A DNA stretch of 64,000 nt from Raillietiella orientalis. Taxonomy: Eukaryota. Under the pieces are notes generated by a model. It made no database searches and was not told where the DNA came from. It was given only the letters and a program-made list of their open reading frames with translations. Below are positions 24,152 through 37,263 of this stretch, piece by piece. The stretch lies in NCBI GenBank assembly GCA_036172245.1, contig JAYWIR010000026.1, forward strand, positions 2,356,001-2,420,000, given 5' to 3'. A program made the position numbers and the translations under genes. Numbering within the stretch: position 1 is the stretch's first letter; every line of letters starts with the position of its first letter.

Positions 24152-27100
24152 ATGCCGGAATTACTACTTACTATCATTTTAATTTCCTCCAATTTTCTGT
24201 ATGGTAACTTACAATTAGGTGGTACGTATAGTGCGAACCAGTAAGAATTGCGCATGATCGTTGCACCTTCATTCACAAAACTACAAAGTGGGTTTGTATT
24301 CCGTAGAAATCATAGTACACAGAAGAAAAATTGTAGCAACTGGAGAAGATTTTTGCCTGTTTTGTATTTTGAATGCGAGCTTTCCAGCAGTGAAAAACTT
24401 CAATTTAACCTCCTCAAGGATTCATTTGTCGAAAAAGGAACAGAACCTAACATCACGCCTAGATATTGTGAATGTAACTACTGTGAAGTTTTGTGTAAAT
24501 GACTCTAAAGCTGAGGATTCCGGAATTTATGTGTTTTCTGTGACCACAGATAAAAGAAAAGCCATTGGCACTGCAACCATGGTCGTTTCCGGTAAGCACC
24601 ATTCTCTTGTGGGCGATTGATTCAGACTAGTCATGTTCTAGATACATTAGAAATTGTTTTGATAATCGTGATATCGTTTGGAATGTGTAAAGGGCAAATC
24701 AGAGTTGTAATTTTCTTGATTTCTTCGAAAAAAAAATTTGCATCATGTAAACATTTCAAAGACTGAATGTGTTGCATATTACAATCACTGTTATTCCTGT
24801 ATTGTTGATAAGATAACCCTCTCAAGGGTGCAGCTAGTAAATTTAAAAGTAGATGGATCTTTACTTGGCAAAAGATAAAATTGAAAAATTATTCGTCCTG
24901 GATTATAGCAAGAATAAATTGAGAATTCTTTTGGTTTTGAATGAGTTTGTGGATTTAAGACTAAAGAAATATCGAATTCTTCTTATCAAGAATATGAGGA
25001 ATTTGAAACATTTTTTTGAATAGGATTGTTTATAAAAAAAAAAATAATACAAAAATTCATCCGAAGGGATCTATTATGAGCTCAGAACAATGAAGTCATT
25101 AAGCAAATGCTATCAAAGCTCAGAAGAAATAAAAAAAAGAAAAATATACCACATGGGTTAATATTGACTTTATGTGTTTTTACTAAGTAATTTTTCCACG
25201 GTTTTTAGATTTTCAGGATCCAAAACAGGCCTGCCATAAAAACACAAGATCAGTAGATTTCTTGGATTAGGTGTCAATTTGGGTTTATAGTAAAATTATT
25301 CTCACATGCATACAGGTCTCACTTATAGGGTTCAGGAATAATAACCCACAACCAAAATCTGCTGTTTCGATTGTGCTGCTTACACTTGTTTCATGAGTCT
25401 TTCAAAAAACATTCATGACATGATACATACATACATGCACGCATTATGCATATACATATTCAGGTTGTTTGTGTTCAGGAAAATAGGTATGTTCAAGTCT
25501 TTTTCAGTAACATATACTGCATATTCAAATGCAAAGAGGGAATTTCTGAGCTTCCAGTATAGAAGATGATTTGAATGTCATATTATAATATGTTCTTTAA
25601 TGTGGTATATCAGTTTTTCTAAAGCAAGCATGAAAACGTATCACTACTTGGAGGAAGGAATGGAAAGATTCAAATGTGTGGTAATTCTGGTATAATCACA
25701 GATGTTATTCATGGTGGTGTACAAAAATTTCCTTCCTGAAAACAAATGCTACTTTGAAATTCCATTGCTCATTATTAACCAAGCAGCAGCAACAGAGCAT
25801 GTGTAAAACTATTAAAGCATGTATCCAGTGATTCACAAGTAGTAAGGATTATTTTAACAACGATCTTGAAAAAAAACCTCACTACAGACCAACAGAAACA
25901 ATTACATGGCAATTGTATGTCTGACTTGTGTTGTAATTTCTGTGGCATAAATTATTGAATCCTTTAAAAATGAGAAAATGTTGATTTACTACACAAAAAT
26001 CACATCATGCAGCAATTGATAAAATGAACTGTGAAAATGAAAAGATTTCAACCTTTGAAAACAGGTCATTTTATAGATTTCTGTATGATGTGATTTTTGT
26101 GTATTTATACTGAATTGAAGTATAGTGGAGTTCTTAGCAAAGGGAAAAAATTGTTTCAAGCACTGGTTTTACATTCCAAATGCCCCTTGTTTTAAGTGCG
26201 CTAAACAAATAATTCGATCGCGTAAATGTGAGGAAGCATTTATTCCTTTCCATGTGCTCTTAATGGTTTGTTGGTTCATTTTGAAAATTGTTTGGTTGCA
26301 AATGATTTTTTTTTAGATTTTTTCAGTTTCCATTTACTTGATAAGTAATAATGTGTTTGTCACTTTTAACAAGCATTGCTTTGAAACAAGATTTTGATTC
26401 ACTTTAATTTATAAATCCCCAGATTACAGCCTTTTGTGTAGCCAAAAATGCTATTATGATTTGGAGGTTTCTGTTTGCAAATAATTATTTTCCTAATCTC
26501 TTATTACCTTTAGATGCTCCATTACCAGTTCACAATATGAGCTGTGTTTCCATAGACTACAAACAACTTTTTTGCACGTGGGAGTTACCAAGTAATAGAA
26601 TCCCTACAAAGTATTCAATTTTCTATGGGTGAGTGCCAACTGCTGTGATCAGTTGAAATAAATTGCCGTATTTTTATTTGTCTTCAGAACTGGTGTGTAT
26701 AATTTTACTTGTCCTAAGCCTAAAGAGCATAGCTGTTTGTGGAGTTTGGACTCTGCTCCCCCATATCAGAGGTTTTATCATAATTTGGACATCTTTTTAT
26801 TAGGCAGTAATTCAGTTGTGAATGAACCAGTTGTTTGGAAGTCTGATTTTGTTGTCAATAATTCTTGTAAGTATGTGCTGATGATTCCATCAGAATATTT
26901 CATTTAAGCGTTATAGTGCTAGTAAGTGCTCCTCGAAATTTGCAATCTCATGTTCTTGGACCATCATCAGTGATATTGACTTGGAGTTTTGATCCGAATC
27001 TCTTAGCATTTTCTGAGGGTATCTCTGGTCAGATTATAGTTCAAAATACTTGGGAACCAACTACAATACAGGTGATTTGTTTAATAATCTTCCGAATCAC

Positions 27101-29722
27101 AAAGCTATTTATTTCCAGGTGATTAATGTTGGCAAATTAAATGGGTCGTTTGCAAATGCGTCATATGTTTTGTCGGATTTGCCCTATGCATTCACAGTCT
27201 ACACTGCCGATGTTAGAATGTGTGCAGTATCAGCTCTTTCATATCCAAATCCATTGTGGTCAGAGAAGACTAGCAATTCATTCAAGACACATGCTAAAGG
27301 TAATTTTTTAATTTATGTGCCTCCATTCTGTCTGTTTCCATAGTTCCAGAATTAAGTCCTCTAACATCAGATGAAGGTTTTGAAGTAGTAAAATTGACTG
27401 ATGTTGCTCGTGTAGTCATAGTTTACTGGCAACAAATACCCGAGCGCTATCATAATGGCGCAGATTTTGGCTATCGTGTAAGGGCCTTTCAATCAAATAC
27501 ATACAGTCCTTTTGCACAATATGATGTTGATTCGAAAGATGTACAAAATTCATTTGCTACACTCGATCTTCTGTTGAATGTTAGCTATCGAATTGAAGTG
27601 TTATCATCAAATAAGGAAGGGCAGGCAGTAAATGCTTCCATTATAAATGTGCCATCCAATGCAGACAGTAAGTCAGATAATGCAACCACCATTAGAGCAG
27701 CAATTAATTGTGTTCATTAGTGGATTCAACAGGCATACGTATTGGAGTCACCTATTTTCCTCCATCTTCGTACAGAGTGGCCTGGAGTTACAGTGGCAAA
27801 GTGGTACCTGTAACGTTATTTTGGTGCGAAAGTGTATGGAATGCACAATTTCCGATCATTATGGAACCATGTGATGTATGCATCTTCTATGTGAGATTGT
27901 GTAGGATGGATGTAAGGGCTTTCCTCTCTAGGGATTTTATCAGTGGAAAAAAATTTATACACAACATTTTCAACATTCCTTAGAATTAGATGAAAGTGGC
28001 ATCTACCGATTTGGGGTAGCCAAAAGTGAAGGCAAAAGCACTGGTATCATCTGGAGTAATTGTGTTAATAAGGGCAATGAAGGTGAGAGTTTGTGGGAAT
28101 ACTTGTTACTTTGGTCTCTCATTAGTGCAATTTGAACTCCTCTCTGTATTGGAAAATAGCGTATCCTCAGACAGTGTACTATTGAATTGGGAAGAAGGGT
28201 GCTTAACTGGTGGCACTGTACAGCTACAGTATTGCCAATTTTCTAATCTCAGTGCGGATCAGTGTGAACCTTATGTTCAGGGACCAAAAGACCTTTTTGG
28301 TGTAAATCATTACCTTTTGAGAAACTTGACAGCATACTCAAAATATAGAGTCCAGGCTCTTCTGATGGGACCAGATGGTGTTACAGAATTGTCTCGTTCT
28401 GTGATAGTCTTTACTACAAAGGTTTTGTATATGAACTTTTAAATGCAATTTACTTGTTCCAGATTGCAGCACCAGACTTGCCAAAAGATGTGAAAGTTAA
28501 AGCGAATTCCACAGCTGCAGAAATCTGCTGGAAACAACCAGACAAATTCAATGGACCTGATCCGATCTATGTGCTTGAGATGAGCTTTAATGAGTTTGCA
28601 GTTGAATTTAATTCCTCCCTTAATTGTTTGGTCTTACCAAATCTATACAGCTACGTGCAATACGAAATTCGTGTTTCTGCTTGCCATTTTACAAAGCATT
28701 CTACATTATGTTCTCCACCATGTCCGGCTGTTAATTTCCGCACTGATGTTGGTCCACCAGGAACAGTGCGTAATTTGAAGCTAGACTTTGCACAGCCTGC
28801 AAAGTTCCACATTACATGGGAAACTCCAGAATTTCCTGGTGGCCCTGAACCAAAGTATGAACTTCATGCATCAGTAAAAACTCCCAAAGAAGTCCTGTGG
28901 AGCAAAGCATATGGTGACAAGAGCATATAGGGTGAAATGTTTCCTGCATAGCTTCTGTTGATAGAATTGGAAGAGCTTTATCTATATCTGGATGTCCCAA
29001 GTTGCGCAGAGCTGCCCAAAGATTACACATATGTCATTTCAGTTAAGACATACAATAAAGTTGCCACTGGGAATTTGTTAGGACCACCATTGCAGGTTGA
29101 GACACAGCTCTGCGTATCCAGTGGTAAGAAATTTATTATATGTCTGGAAAATTGAACTTTTAGTAGCATTGACATTGGAAGTAACTGTTGGGATTGCAGT
29201 GGCAGTTTTGGGATTGATTGTGATGGCTGTTACACTTACAGTTCTTGTATCTAGGTTGGTACATGTATGATATTTTGCAACAATAATTCGTTTTTCTATT
29301 TGGTAAGGTATGTACGGAAATGGAAGAAACTATTCAGACTGAAGGTGCTTACACCCCCAGGAATATTTGAGCCAGTAAGATCAAATTTCATCCTTGATGT
29401 TCTACGTTTTTTTCAGGAATCCAAAAAACTTCATACAAATAGTGAAGGATCTAATTATGTTATGCTGGACACCAATTTTGCAACTGATTATCAGCAGATC
29501 CCATTCAACATTAGTTCCTCTGTGATGTATACCCCCCATGCAGATTCCCCTGCCTTTACCCACACTCCAACCAAGTTATTTAATTATGGCAGTGGAAGGT
29601 GCTCGAATTCCTCCATGTCTGCGAAACTGACATCAAACTTAGAAAACAATAACGAATGGTCCAATCCCAGTAGAGTTTATTTGACCTGCGAAATGTTGAG
29701 AAATATGGAAAAAAACAGTTGA
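24152..29722 (+). CDS. dome: Domeless/gp130-like type I cytokine receptor (signal peptide, Ig-like domain, cytokine-binding module, FN3 repeats, TM, short tail), about 994 aa, 15 exons
   Basis: Exons approx. 24152-24203, 24289-24591, 26514-26628, 26688-26866, 26917-27071, 27119-27299, 27344-27667, 27721-27875, 27932-28082, 28126-28421, 28463-28913, 28965-29123, 29164-29254, 29308-29374, 29417-29722 (2985 nt, phases consistent). Motifs: PLPVHNMSCVSIDYKQLFCTW, SCLWSLDSAPPY, LPYAFTVY..VRM..LWSE, VYWQQIPERYHNG, STGIIWSNC, TM VTVGIAVAVLGLIVMAVTLTVLV, box1-like KVLTPPGI. The first-exon junction is least certain, and orthology versus paralogy to dome is unproven. Confidence 0.8.
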
Positions 29723-30871
29723 ATCTATTCCCGGTGTGCGCGTAAAGTGCTGTCGGCGCCAAAGGTGAAAAGTTGCGAGATTCTGAGATTTTGCGCTTAA
29801 ACGAAACAAATATCGAGATTTCCTATGTAAGAAACATTTCCATAAAAAGTGTGATGTGTTTTATTTCATTCACTTTTCTTCAACACTTGTTAGGAGAACA
29901 CACACATGGAAAAAAAAAACTAGTTCTCAAGTATTTTTGTGACGTTTCTATGTACAGCTGGATTTTCTTGTGTACATACATTGTATATTGATGGGTCTTT
30001 ATGAACATCCAGCTTCAAACACCGTTTGCCTTGATCTTTGATGCAATGGTCGTTTGTTCAAGAACATTGGGTAATCTGTTCTGGGCATTGCTTGGAAAGG
30101 CAGTCGCACTCGTCCTCCCTAATCGTCGGATTCTTTATTTGATTTTACGAATCCCCTTCAATAGAGTTGGCTTTTTTTTTTTTCTTTCTTTATGGCGGTT
30201 TACTTTTGTATGAAGTTATAAGCAAATTTTTTATGTGCCAGGAAATGTTTGGAACTGTTATCAAAATTTATTCGAAATTGGGAAATCAGCGGATATGTGT
30301 CGATGTGTGCAACTAGAAATCGTTGACAGCACGAGTGGCAAAGTACCAGAGTAGCGTTGATGTGTTAGAAAAGCCGAGCTTGCGAATTCAATTCTCTGGC
30401 GCACTGGAGAGCCTGCAGATTTCGGCGGGAAAATATTTCCCTACAGTGTGCGGCACGAGGTCAGGAGTAGTAGGCTTTTAGCTTGCTATGTGTTACGTTG
30501 TTCATAAGCAAAATAAAACCTAGGGCACTTTTAAACGCCATTCTATGAATGTGTGAAAGATTTGGCATTGTAGTACGAATAAGAATATTATATTTGTGAA
30601 TTCGGACATGGGTAATTGGCGGTTCGATTGTGCACTGGGTGAAAACTGGAACATTAAAAGGAGCCCTAGGGCATTATCTTGGATAGTTTGAAGGGTATAA
30701 TCCATAAGAGTTATGGGAAAAGTGCTGAATGCAAGTGTGTGTAGGTGACTGATTATTAATGTTGGCAGGTATGCAACTGTTTTACTCGACGTGTGTTAAA
30801 AGTAGCAGTTAAGTTAGCTTTATCCGTATGAATATCCGTTTGACATCAAGCAGGCAGTGAAAGGAGAAAAT

Positions 30872-31408
30872 ATGGAAGTTGATATTGGAAGTGCATCATC
30901 GTCTCATGACCCACCAGTATCCGTATCTGGTAATTTTTGAAATATGCATCTCATAGTGCGGTTATATAATTGGTGTTTTCTATATGCATTTGTTATTCAA
31001 CCATTTTCATTTATGTACGATGTATTTATATCCAGTACTAACATGATTTTTAATGTAGAGTTAGAAACCGGAAATTCTGTTGCACATGAAGAGGGTAGCG
31101 AGAAAGCCGCAACAAAAGCTACCAAACTACCCATGAATAAAATTAAAAATATAGTGAAAATGGATCGTGAAACTTCATTTATCAATAGAGATGCCGTTTT
31201 TTTGATGACAAAAGCCACGGTAATTTCTGTTCACATTTATCATGAATTTTCAAAGTAGGTTTAGGAACTTTTTATTCAAGGGTTGACTTCTCAGGCATCT
31301 TCCCGTACTCATGCAAGCAAAAGAAAGGTGATACAAAAAGATCATGTGTTATCTGTAATCAAGGAATTGGAAGAATTCGAATTTCTTGATGGGATTTTAA
31401 CAAGCTAA
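30872..31408 (+). CDS. POLE4: Histone-fold protein, DNA polymerase epsilon subunit 4-like, 120 aa, 3 exons
   Basis: Exons 30872-30929, 31059-31219, 31265-31408. LPMNKIKNIVKMD..DAVFLMTKAT|ELFIQ..KRKVIQKDHV..EEFEFLDGIL fits the NF-YC-like fold and is closer to POLE4 than to CHRAC1 at the C-terminus. A TACTAAC branch point precedes exon 2. Confidence 0.8.
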
Positions 31409-34400
31409 TTAGTTTGCCCAATTTTTGTATTTGACAATACACTTGTTTTTCTGCATTTTGAGAACAATTCTATTGTTGGACATTGATTTCGGACTATATA
31501 TCTACATACAGGATGATGTGAAGTGCATGTCTGATCCTTTCAGTATGTGCTTGTGGCTAAGGTGCATGACAGTAAGTACACAGTAGTCATTTCCAAACAT
31601 ACTTCCAAGCACTTCAATTGTAAATTTGTTCAATTAGGTTCACTGGTATAAATTTGAAAACCTTATCTATCTATGTGCTGATGAGCACTACTGACCAATC
31701 TAAAGGAATAAAAGTGATTGAATTTCATGCAATTACTGCATTAGCCAAAAGAAAAAAAAAAGCAAAAATTGATGGATGGAAAGGTGTGCTTTGGGAGGTA
31801 TTGAAGTACTAGTGAATGAGGCCACTTGAAAATAAAAGGTGCTCAAAGCGAAAATTGGTATACTAATTCATTAGGATTCTTGGTTTAGGAATCTGCTGCT
31901 CTGATTTTCCACTTTCAGGAAAACCTATGATTTCAAACGGCAAACAGCATATTGTTCCTAACAAAATACGCCGCAAAATTATGTCGCCGTTATAAAAAAT
32001 AAGAACTGTGGCCATTTAAAAATATTTGAACTTATTTAAAACACATAAGAGAAAAACTTAAGCAGGCTGTTTGGAAACTAATATTGACCATCACAGGAAA
32101 TTTTCAGCATGCTTATAATCCTAAGACTAATGAAGACTTGAATGAATTATCTAATTGAATAACTAATTCTACGACTTATGTAGTCGAATACAAAGGCGAT
32201 GCTTGTAACATGAAAAAATGTTTTGACAGATTCCTGGTGAACTGATTGCAAGTACAGAAGTATCTTGTATTCAAAAGCTACTTCTGTGGGTTTCAGTTTA
32301 CTTGCGAGGCCGTTCTTTTTAAGATCATCTTTTTTGTACACTGAGACTTCACACTTGTTCAGAAAATTGCTTCCACATTTCGTGAGTTGGTTATCAGGCG
32401 GTTTGGACTCCTGTTGCATTGGTTTTTGGATAGGAGGACTGAACATGAAGGATTTGGCTTTGTTTCCTTTGTAGAGTTGTCTTCGTGAAAACGAATCCAA
32501 AATAACCGACTTGTGAGGTTTTGGTTTTCTAACTGTCTAGCATGCTATCAACTCCATCTTGCGTTTCCTGTTTGTTGTCATCGATTTATCTACTTGGAAT
32601 CCCAGTCTTTCTAATTTACTGCTCAGCAGGCTGAGTTGAGAAGATTAATTCCTCCTGGTTGCTTACAAGAGTTCAACATTTCCTTTCGCCACATAGATTC
32701 ACTCATGAGGTGCTCTTCAGCACCATTACCTGCAATATCAGGGGTTGATGACATTCATTAACCTCTCCGCGGAAGATACTCCCGTGCTTTTCAAACAAAA
32801 TCCTTCCTATTTCACAAGACCAAGCAAGAATAAATACATTTCTTATTTGGGAAGTGTTAGGCGCATGCTTGAAAGTTGGCAAAGCTGCTCCACATGCTGT
32901 GGCTTCCAGCGCAGGCAACGCGTGCAAGTTTTTTGTTGTATACAAAGGATATGAGACTATGCACACTTTTCTTGTTTCTCATCCCAGTCTTGATACGAAA
33001 TGTTTCCCGTGAAAATAACTATTTACATCCCATTCCTTTAAGCTTTACTTTGATTTGCATTGGAATTTTCTCATTTGGTTTCGCTCCATAACGAGCTGTG
33101 GTGAGGCGCTCATTTCGACTTCAGGCCTACCCATTCCTTTAGAAGTAGAAGATTTTTTTTATAATCTCAGTGACCTTATGCCTTCTGAATGTCTCCTCGA
33201 TAACTGAATATTGAAAGTAGCATGCATCCGCTTGTATGAAGAAGAAAACGAAAATTTCGTATCGCTGAAGAAGCATGCTGAATTCAAAATTTAAAATCTT
33301 CCCAAACTTGAGAAAACAATGAAAGACAACCGCGAGGAATAATTGAACTCTCTTCCTCTACTTCGAACACAGTAATTCGGCAAAAATACGCATCCGTGGG
33401 TCTGCTTGTTGGATGGAAAAGAAATGTCACGACGTACAAGAATTTGCATTCCTACAAATCATAAGATTGCTTTCCTTTTCATGAAAATGGTTGCACAGTA
33501 ACGATCATCCTGTAGCATCTAGAAAAAATCCAGCATATAATGTACGAAATTGTCTCCTCACCTGACAAGGAAATTCTTCTAAGAACTCAAACGCAAGACT
33601 ACATCCTGATTTACAAATCCGTATCCATTATCTCATAGACGTCCACATATTGAACAAAAGGATCCTATTAAAGAGCTTCCACCCTTCATTCACATGTCAC
33701 AGTTTTTTCTTTCGTTTTGTTTTTCAGTTTATTGCTCACTTATACATTTTGACTCTTGAAGTCCAAAACGAACTTCAAGGCTAAACTGTAGTGTAAACAG
33801 AAGTTTCTGCTTGAAGCTATAGTCTGTAGTCAGACGGTTCTCCGAGAGACAATGAAATTTCGTTTCGTATATTCCCCATAAAAATTCGCCGTGCTATTAG
33901 ACGATAACGCAGCCGCTCTGTTAGTGAGGGCCACATTGCTACCTGCTGTGTACTGATTTTGAAATGATGAACTCAGCTTCTGACTCAATCTAAAATTCTT
34001 GGTTGACACGCTAGCAAGACCTTTCTTTCAAATTAAAGATGCTTGCAAGTTTATGGAAGTCTTGCAAGTTATGGGCTAGCAGCTCATCGGTTGTGGAACA
34101 TGCATGCATAATTCAGATCGGGGAGCTGACGAAATTCCTTAATATACAAACTGATTTCTGGTATTCACGTTCATGACAAAATTTCCCAGATGCTGCTGGA
34201 TTCATTTTCAATGTTATGAGATTTGATGAGTGCTATGTAATGAAAGCAGTGAAAAAAACAATGCCGATATGGGAAAGTAGGCTAAAACCACATTTAGTGT
34301 ATGTTTGAAATTTATTTCTTGTATTTATAGTCTCTGAAAATAATGCAGCTTTTCTCCCTGGATTGCTGTCAGTTAATTGCATCATCCAATTCCAAAAATT

Positions 34401-37263
34401 AGCATCAATAAGTTAGCGTTCAATATCTACAAGCTAAGGAGTTGTAACAGCACTGACTTTCAATCTCTTACGATACCCAGGATCTGTGCTTTGAGGATGG
34501 GATTGCACGGTTTGCGTCGCCATCTTATCGTTAAAACATGCAATTTCCCGGAGTTATTGCTGCGAGTTTATATATATATTTGGGGATGATAACTTCAAAA
34601 GAAAAACAAATTATACAAACAGAAAGCATCACACAAATAGCAAAAAAAAAAAAAGAACGATCATAATTGTCATCGCTCATGTTTCTTTTTGTGCTTGAAT
34701 TCATATTCCCACACCATGCACTGAAATGTGATCCTGCACTTCATAGGAACTCAATTTTTTTTGTGGGAGTTTTGTCTCCTGTAGACAAGCGGGTTGATGT
34801 TGAGCGCACATAGAAGAGGTGCATCTTTATCTGCTTTGACAACCCTCCGAAAATTAGACAGGGATTCTTGACGAGAGTCTTATTTCATTGTTCCTATATG
34901 TTCATCCACCATGAAGAAAAACCGAAAATGCCCTACGATTGAGAATCGCTGCACGGCTACAGCAGTGCCCCGCTCCGCAGCACCACGGTACATCTTTTCC
35001 CTGTGAGATCCTGTCACATATGCCTTACAGACCCTCCTTCTTCCGCACGGAGTCATCCCTTGCAGCCGCCGCCTTGGTTTCCCTTCAATGAGGGATGGAG
35101 GAGGGGCAATATCGCTTCCCGTGCCCTCTTCCTTTCCTCTCTGAGAGTCCTACCTTGGTCTTTTCTTCGCTTGCAAGGAATCCACCGTTCCTCCAGCGCG
35201 CCTGGAAATCTCTTTCGAGAGAAGGATTCCCGGGGGAGGACCTTCGCCAGAGGAGCAGGGATTGCAGGTACGAACCACGTCTCATAGCGAGGATTTGCCA
35301 TTCTATCCCTGTTCGTCGCTCTCCCTTGGTTTGTCTCACTGCAATTTATACTTGAGGAGGGAAGGACACGGGTGTGGTGGATGCAGATGAACTCCCCTCA
35401 CTCTTTGCTCCCTCCAAGATCTCGATCAGTCCTCATACCCAACCGTCCTCCTGCAGATGCTTTCAGATAGGAGCAAAGAGAAGAAAAGAGGGGGAGGGAG
35501 AGCTGATTCTCTGAGAGCAAGTCCTCCCTAGCGAGTAGGGGAGCCGCCACCAGAGGCAGGGAAGCCACAGTAAAAAAGACACGACGGAAGGGGAAAAATG
35601 GAGTTTTTTAAAGGGGAGAGGAAGGAAGGATGCATTAGAACTTCACTCCGCATGCCTCCTCGAAATGACTGCATGCTTCATCAAGGTCTCCACACCCTCA
35701 GTGACCAAAAGGTTCTCTGTAAGTGTATTATGGTGAGAAATGAATTTCAGTAGTTTACTCTGTAGCACTCTGTAGAACCAAACGTGTTTCTTTTCTCTCT
35801 CAGATGACAACTCATCGGCACATTACAACTCTGTATTCCAGCCCTCAGTATCCCGCAAACGGAACACTCCACCGAGCAAACAGGCAAAGATACAGCAAAA
35901 AATGCTACCCGAAAAGCACAAACGCAATTGGGAGTGGGAAAACCAAGAAAAGTTCAGATAAACATACTAACGCTATGATAGTCATTCTATATAGTGAACT
36001 CACGGCATGAACCTAGTCTACGACACGAAATTCTAATAAGTGTTTGAAATCCATTTTCGAAAAAGTAATGAGGAATGAGTAAGAAGTAATCTAGCCCTTT
36101 TTTGGAGAAACCGATCGCTCACTTAGGAGATGAGAAAGTTTCGAAGAACAATAACTGAAGAAGGCTAAAGAACTTACATACAAATTACTCATTAGAAAAC
36201 ACAAATCAGAAACGGTGTGACATAATAATTTCTTAATAAATAAATCCAATACATCAAATACGAACAGAAACATTGTTCTGATTGTACCAGTATTACCAGT
36301 GAAGAAGTTCCAGTGCAAAACTTCTTCACTGGAACTGTGATTCTTTCGATGTTCCTTCACGTTCTAGGACGACAGCTAACGTGTTGAATATGAGTTTTTA
36401 TTTGTAAACCAAACTTTCAACTTAAGATTATTATAGTGACATAAAATGAGGATGCCTAATTAGGTAACATTGGAAGACTTTCATGTAGGACGGAAATAGC
36501 AACCGTTTTTCTTTAAGGTTTAGAAATTCCTTAATATCAAAAGCACTTCCTTTTTAAGCTAAGGAGGCACGAGATATTCTTCATGCCCTTGGCACACAAG
36601 CAAAAATTAATGCGGAAAGCAGTAGAAAACACCATGATAAATTACAACACAGTTACGAATTCTTGTAAACAAGGATGTGAAAACACTAATTGCATTTCCA
36701 CCTTTAAATTGTAAAGATGAATAAAAACTCTACAGAAATTTAGGAATATAGAGTGCATCGTTTGTTTGTGGAGTCCATTCCATTTCTAAATGAAGTGCAA
36801 ATTTCGGAAGGAGAAGCCGGAAAGGGTCTTGTGAATTTCATATTGTTACTAAATTACGTAAAGTATTTAATTAATGATGGGGCTCTGAAAGGAAAATTGG
36901 TGATGTTTGTGTCAGTTGCCTGTTCGAAGGTTTTTGCTACTTTTGGAAAATGTGGCATTTTTCTTTGGCAGATTTTTCACGATTTACGCGGATTGCACGT
37001 TCGAGTAAGAAAAGACGTGGTGATTCTGCATGTCGTTGCAGTTTGAAACGAACGATGAAGACGGTCAACCCATGGAAAGTGGATGATGGTAGGTGTTATT
37101 TTAAGAAAGTGCTAGAGGGCTGTTCGGAGCTACTGTTACTGATAGATTTGTAGACGTAATGGACGGATTTGTAGACGGGTGATCGACATATGAAATCTTT
37201 CGTGGTTTTCTGAAGTTTTGTACATGTGCTACTTTTATTTTAGCATGAGAACGTACGAGGGAA

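Noticed and set aside
23891..24729. STAT-like sites TTCTCGCGAA (23891) and TTCTTCGAA (24721) near the dome-like start
   Set aside because: Short motifs expected by chance at this composition and not clustered.
32147..33260. Minus-strand ORFs 32147-32500 and 32703-32966 as a gene
   Set aside because: No ATG-to-splice model or recognisable domain, with frequent stops in flanking frames. It may be a decayed gene or TE but is not supportable.
34930..35700. Small GC-richer island in the AT block
   Set aside because: No TIRs, target-site duplications or coding motifs recognised, so it cannot be assigned.
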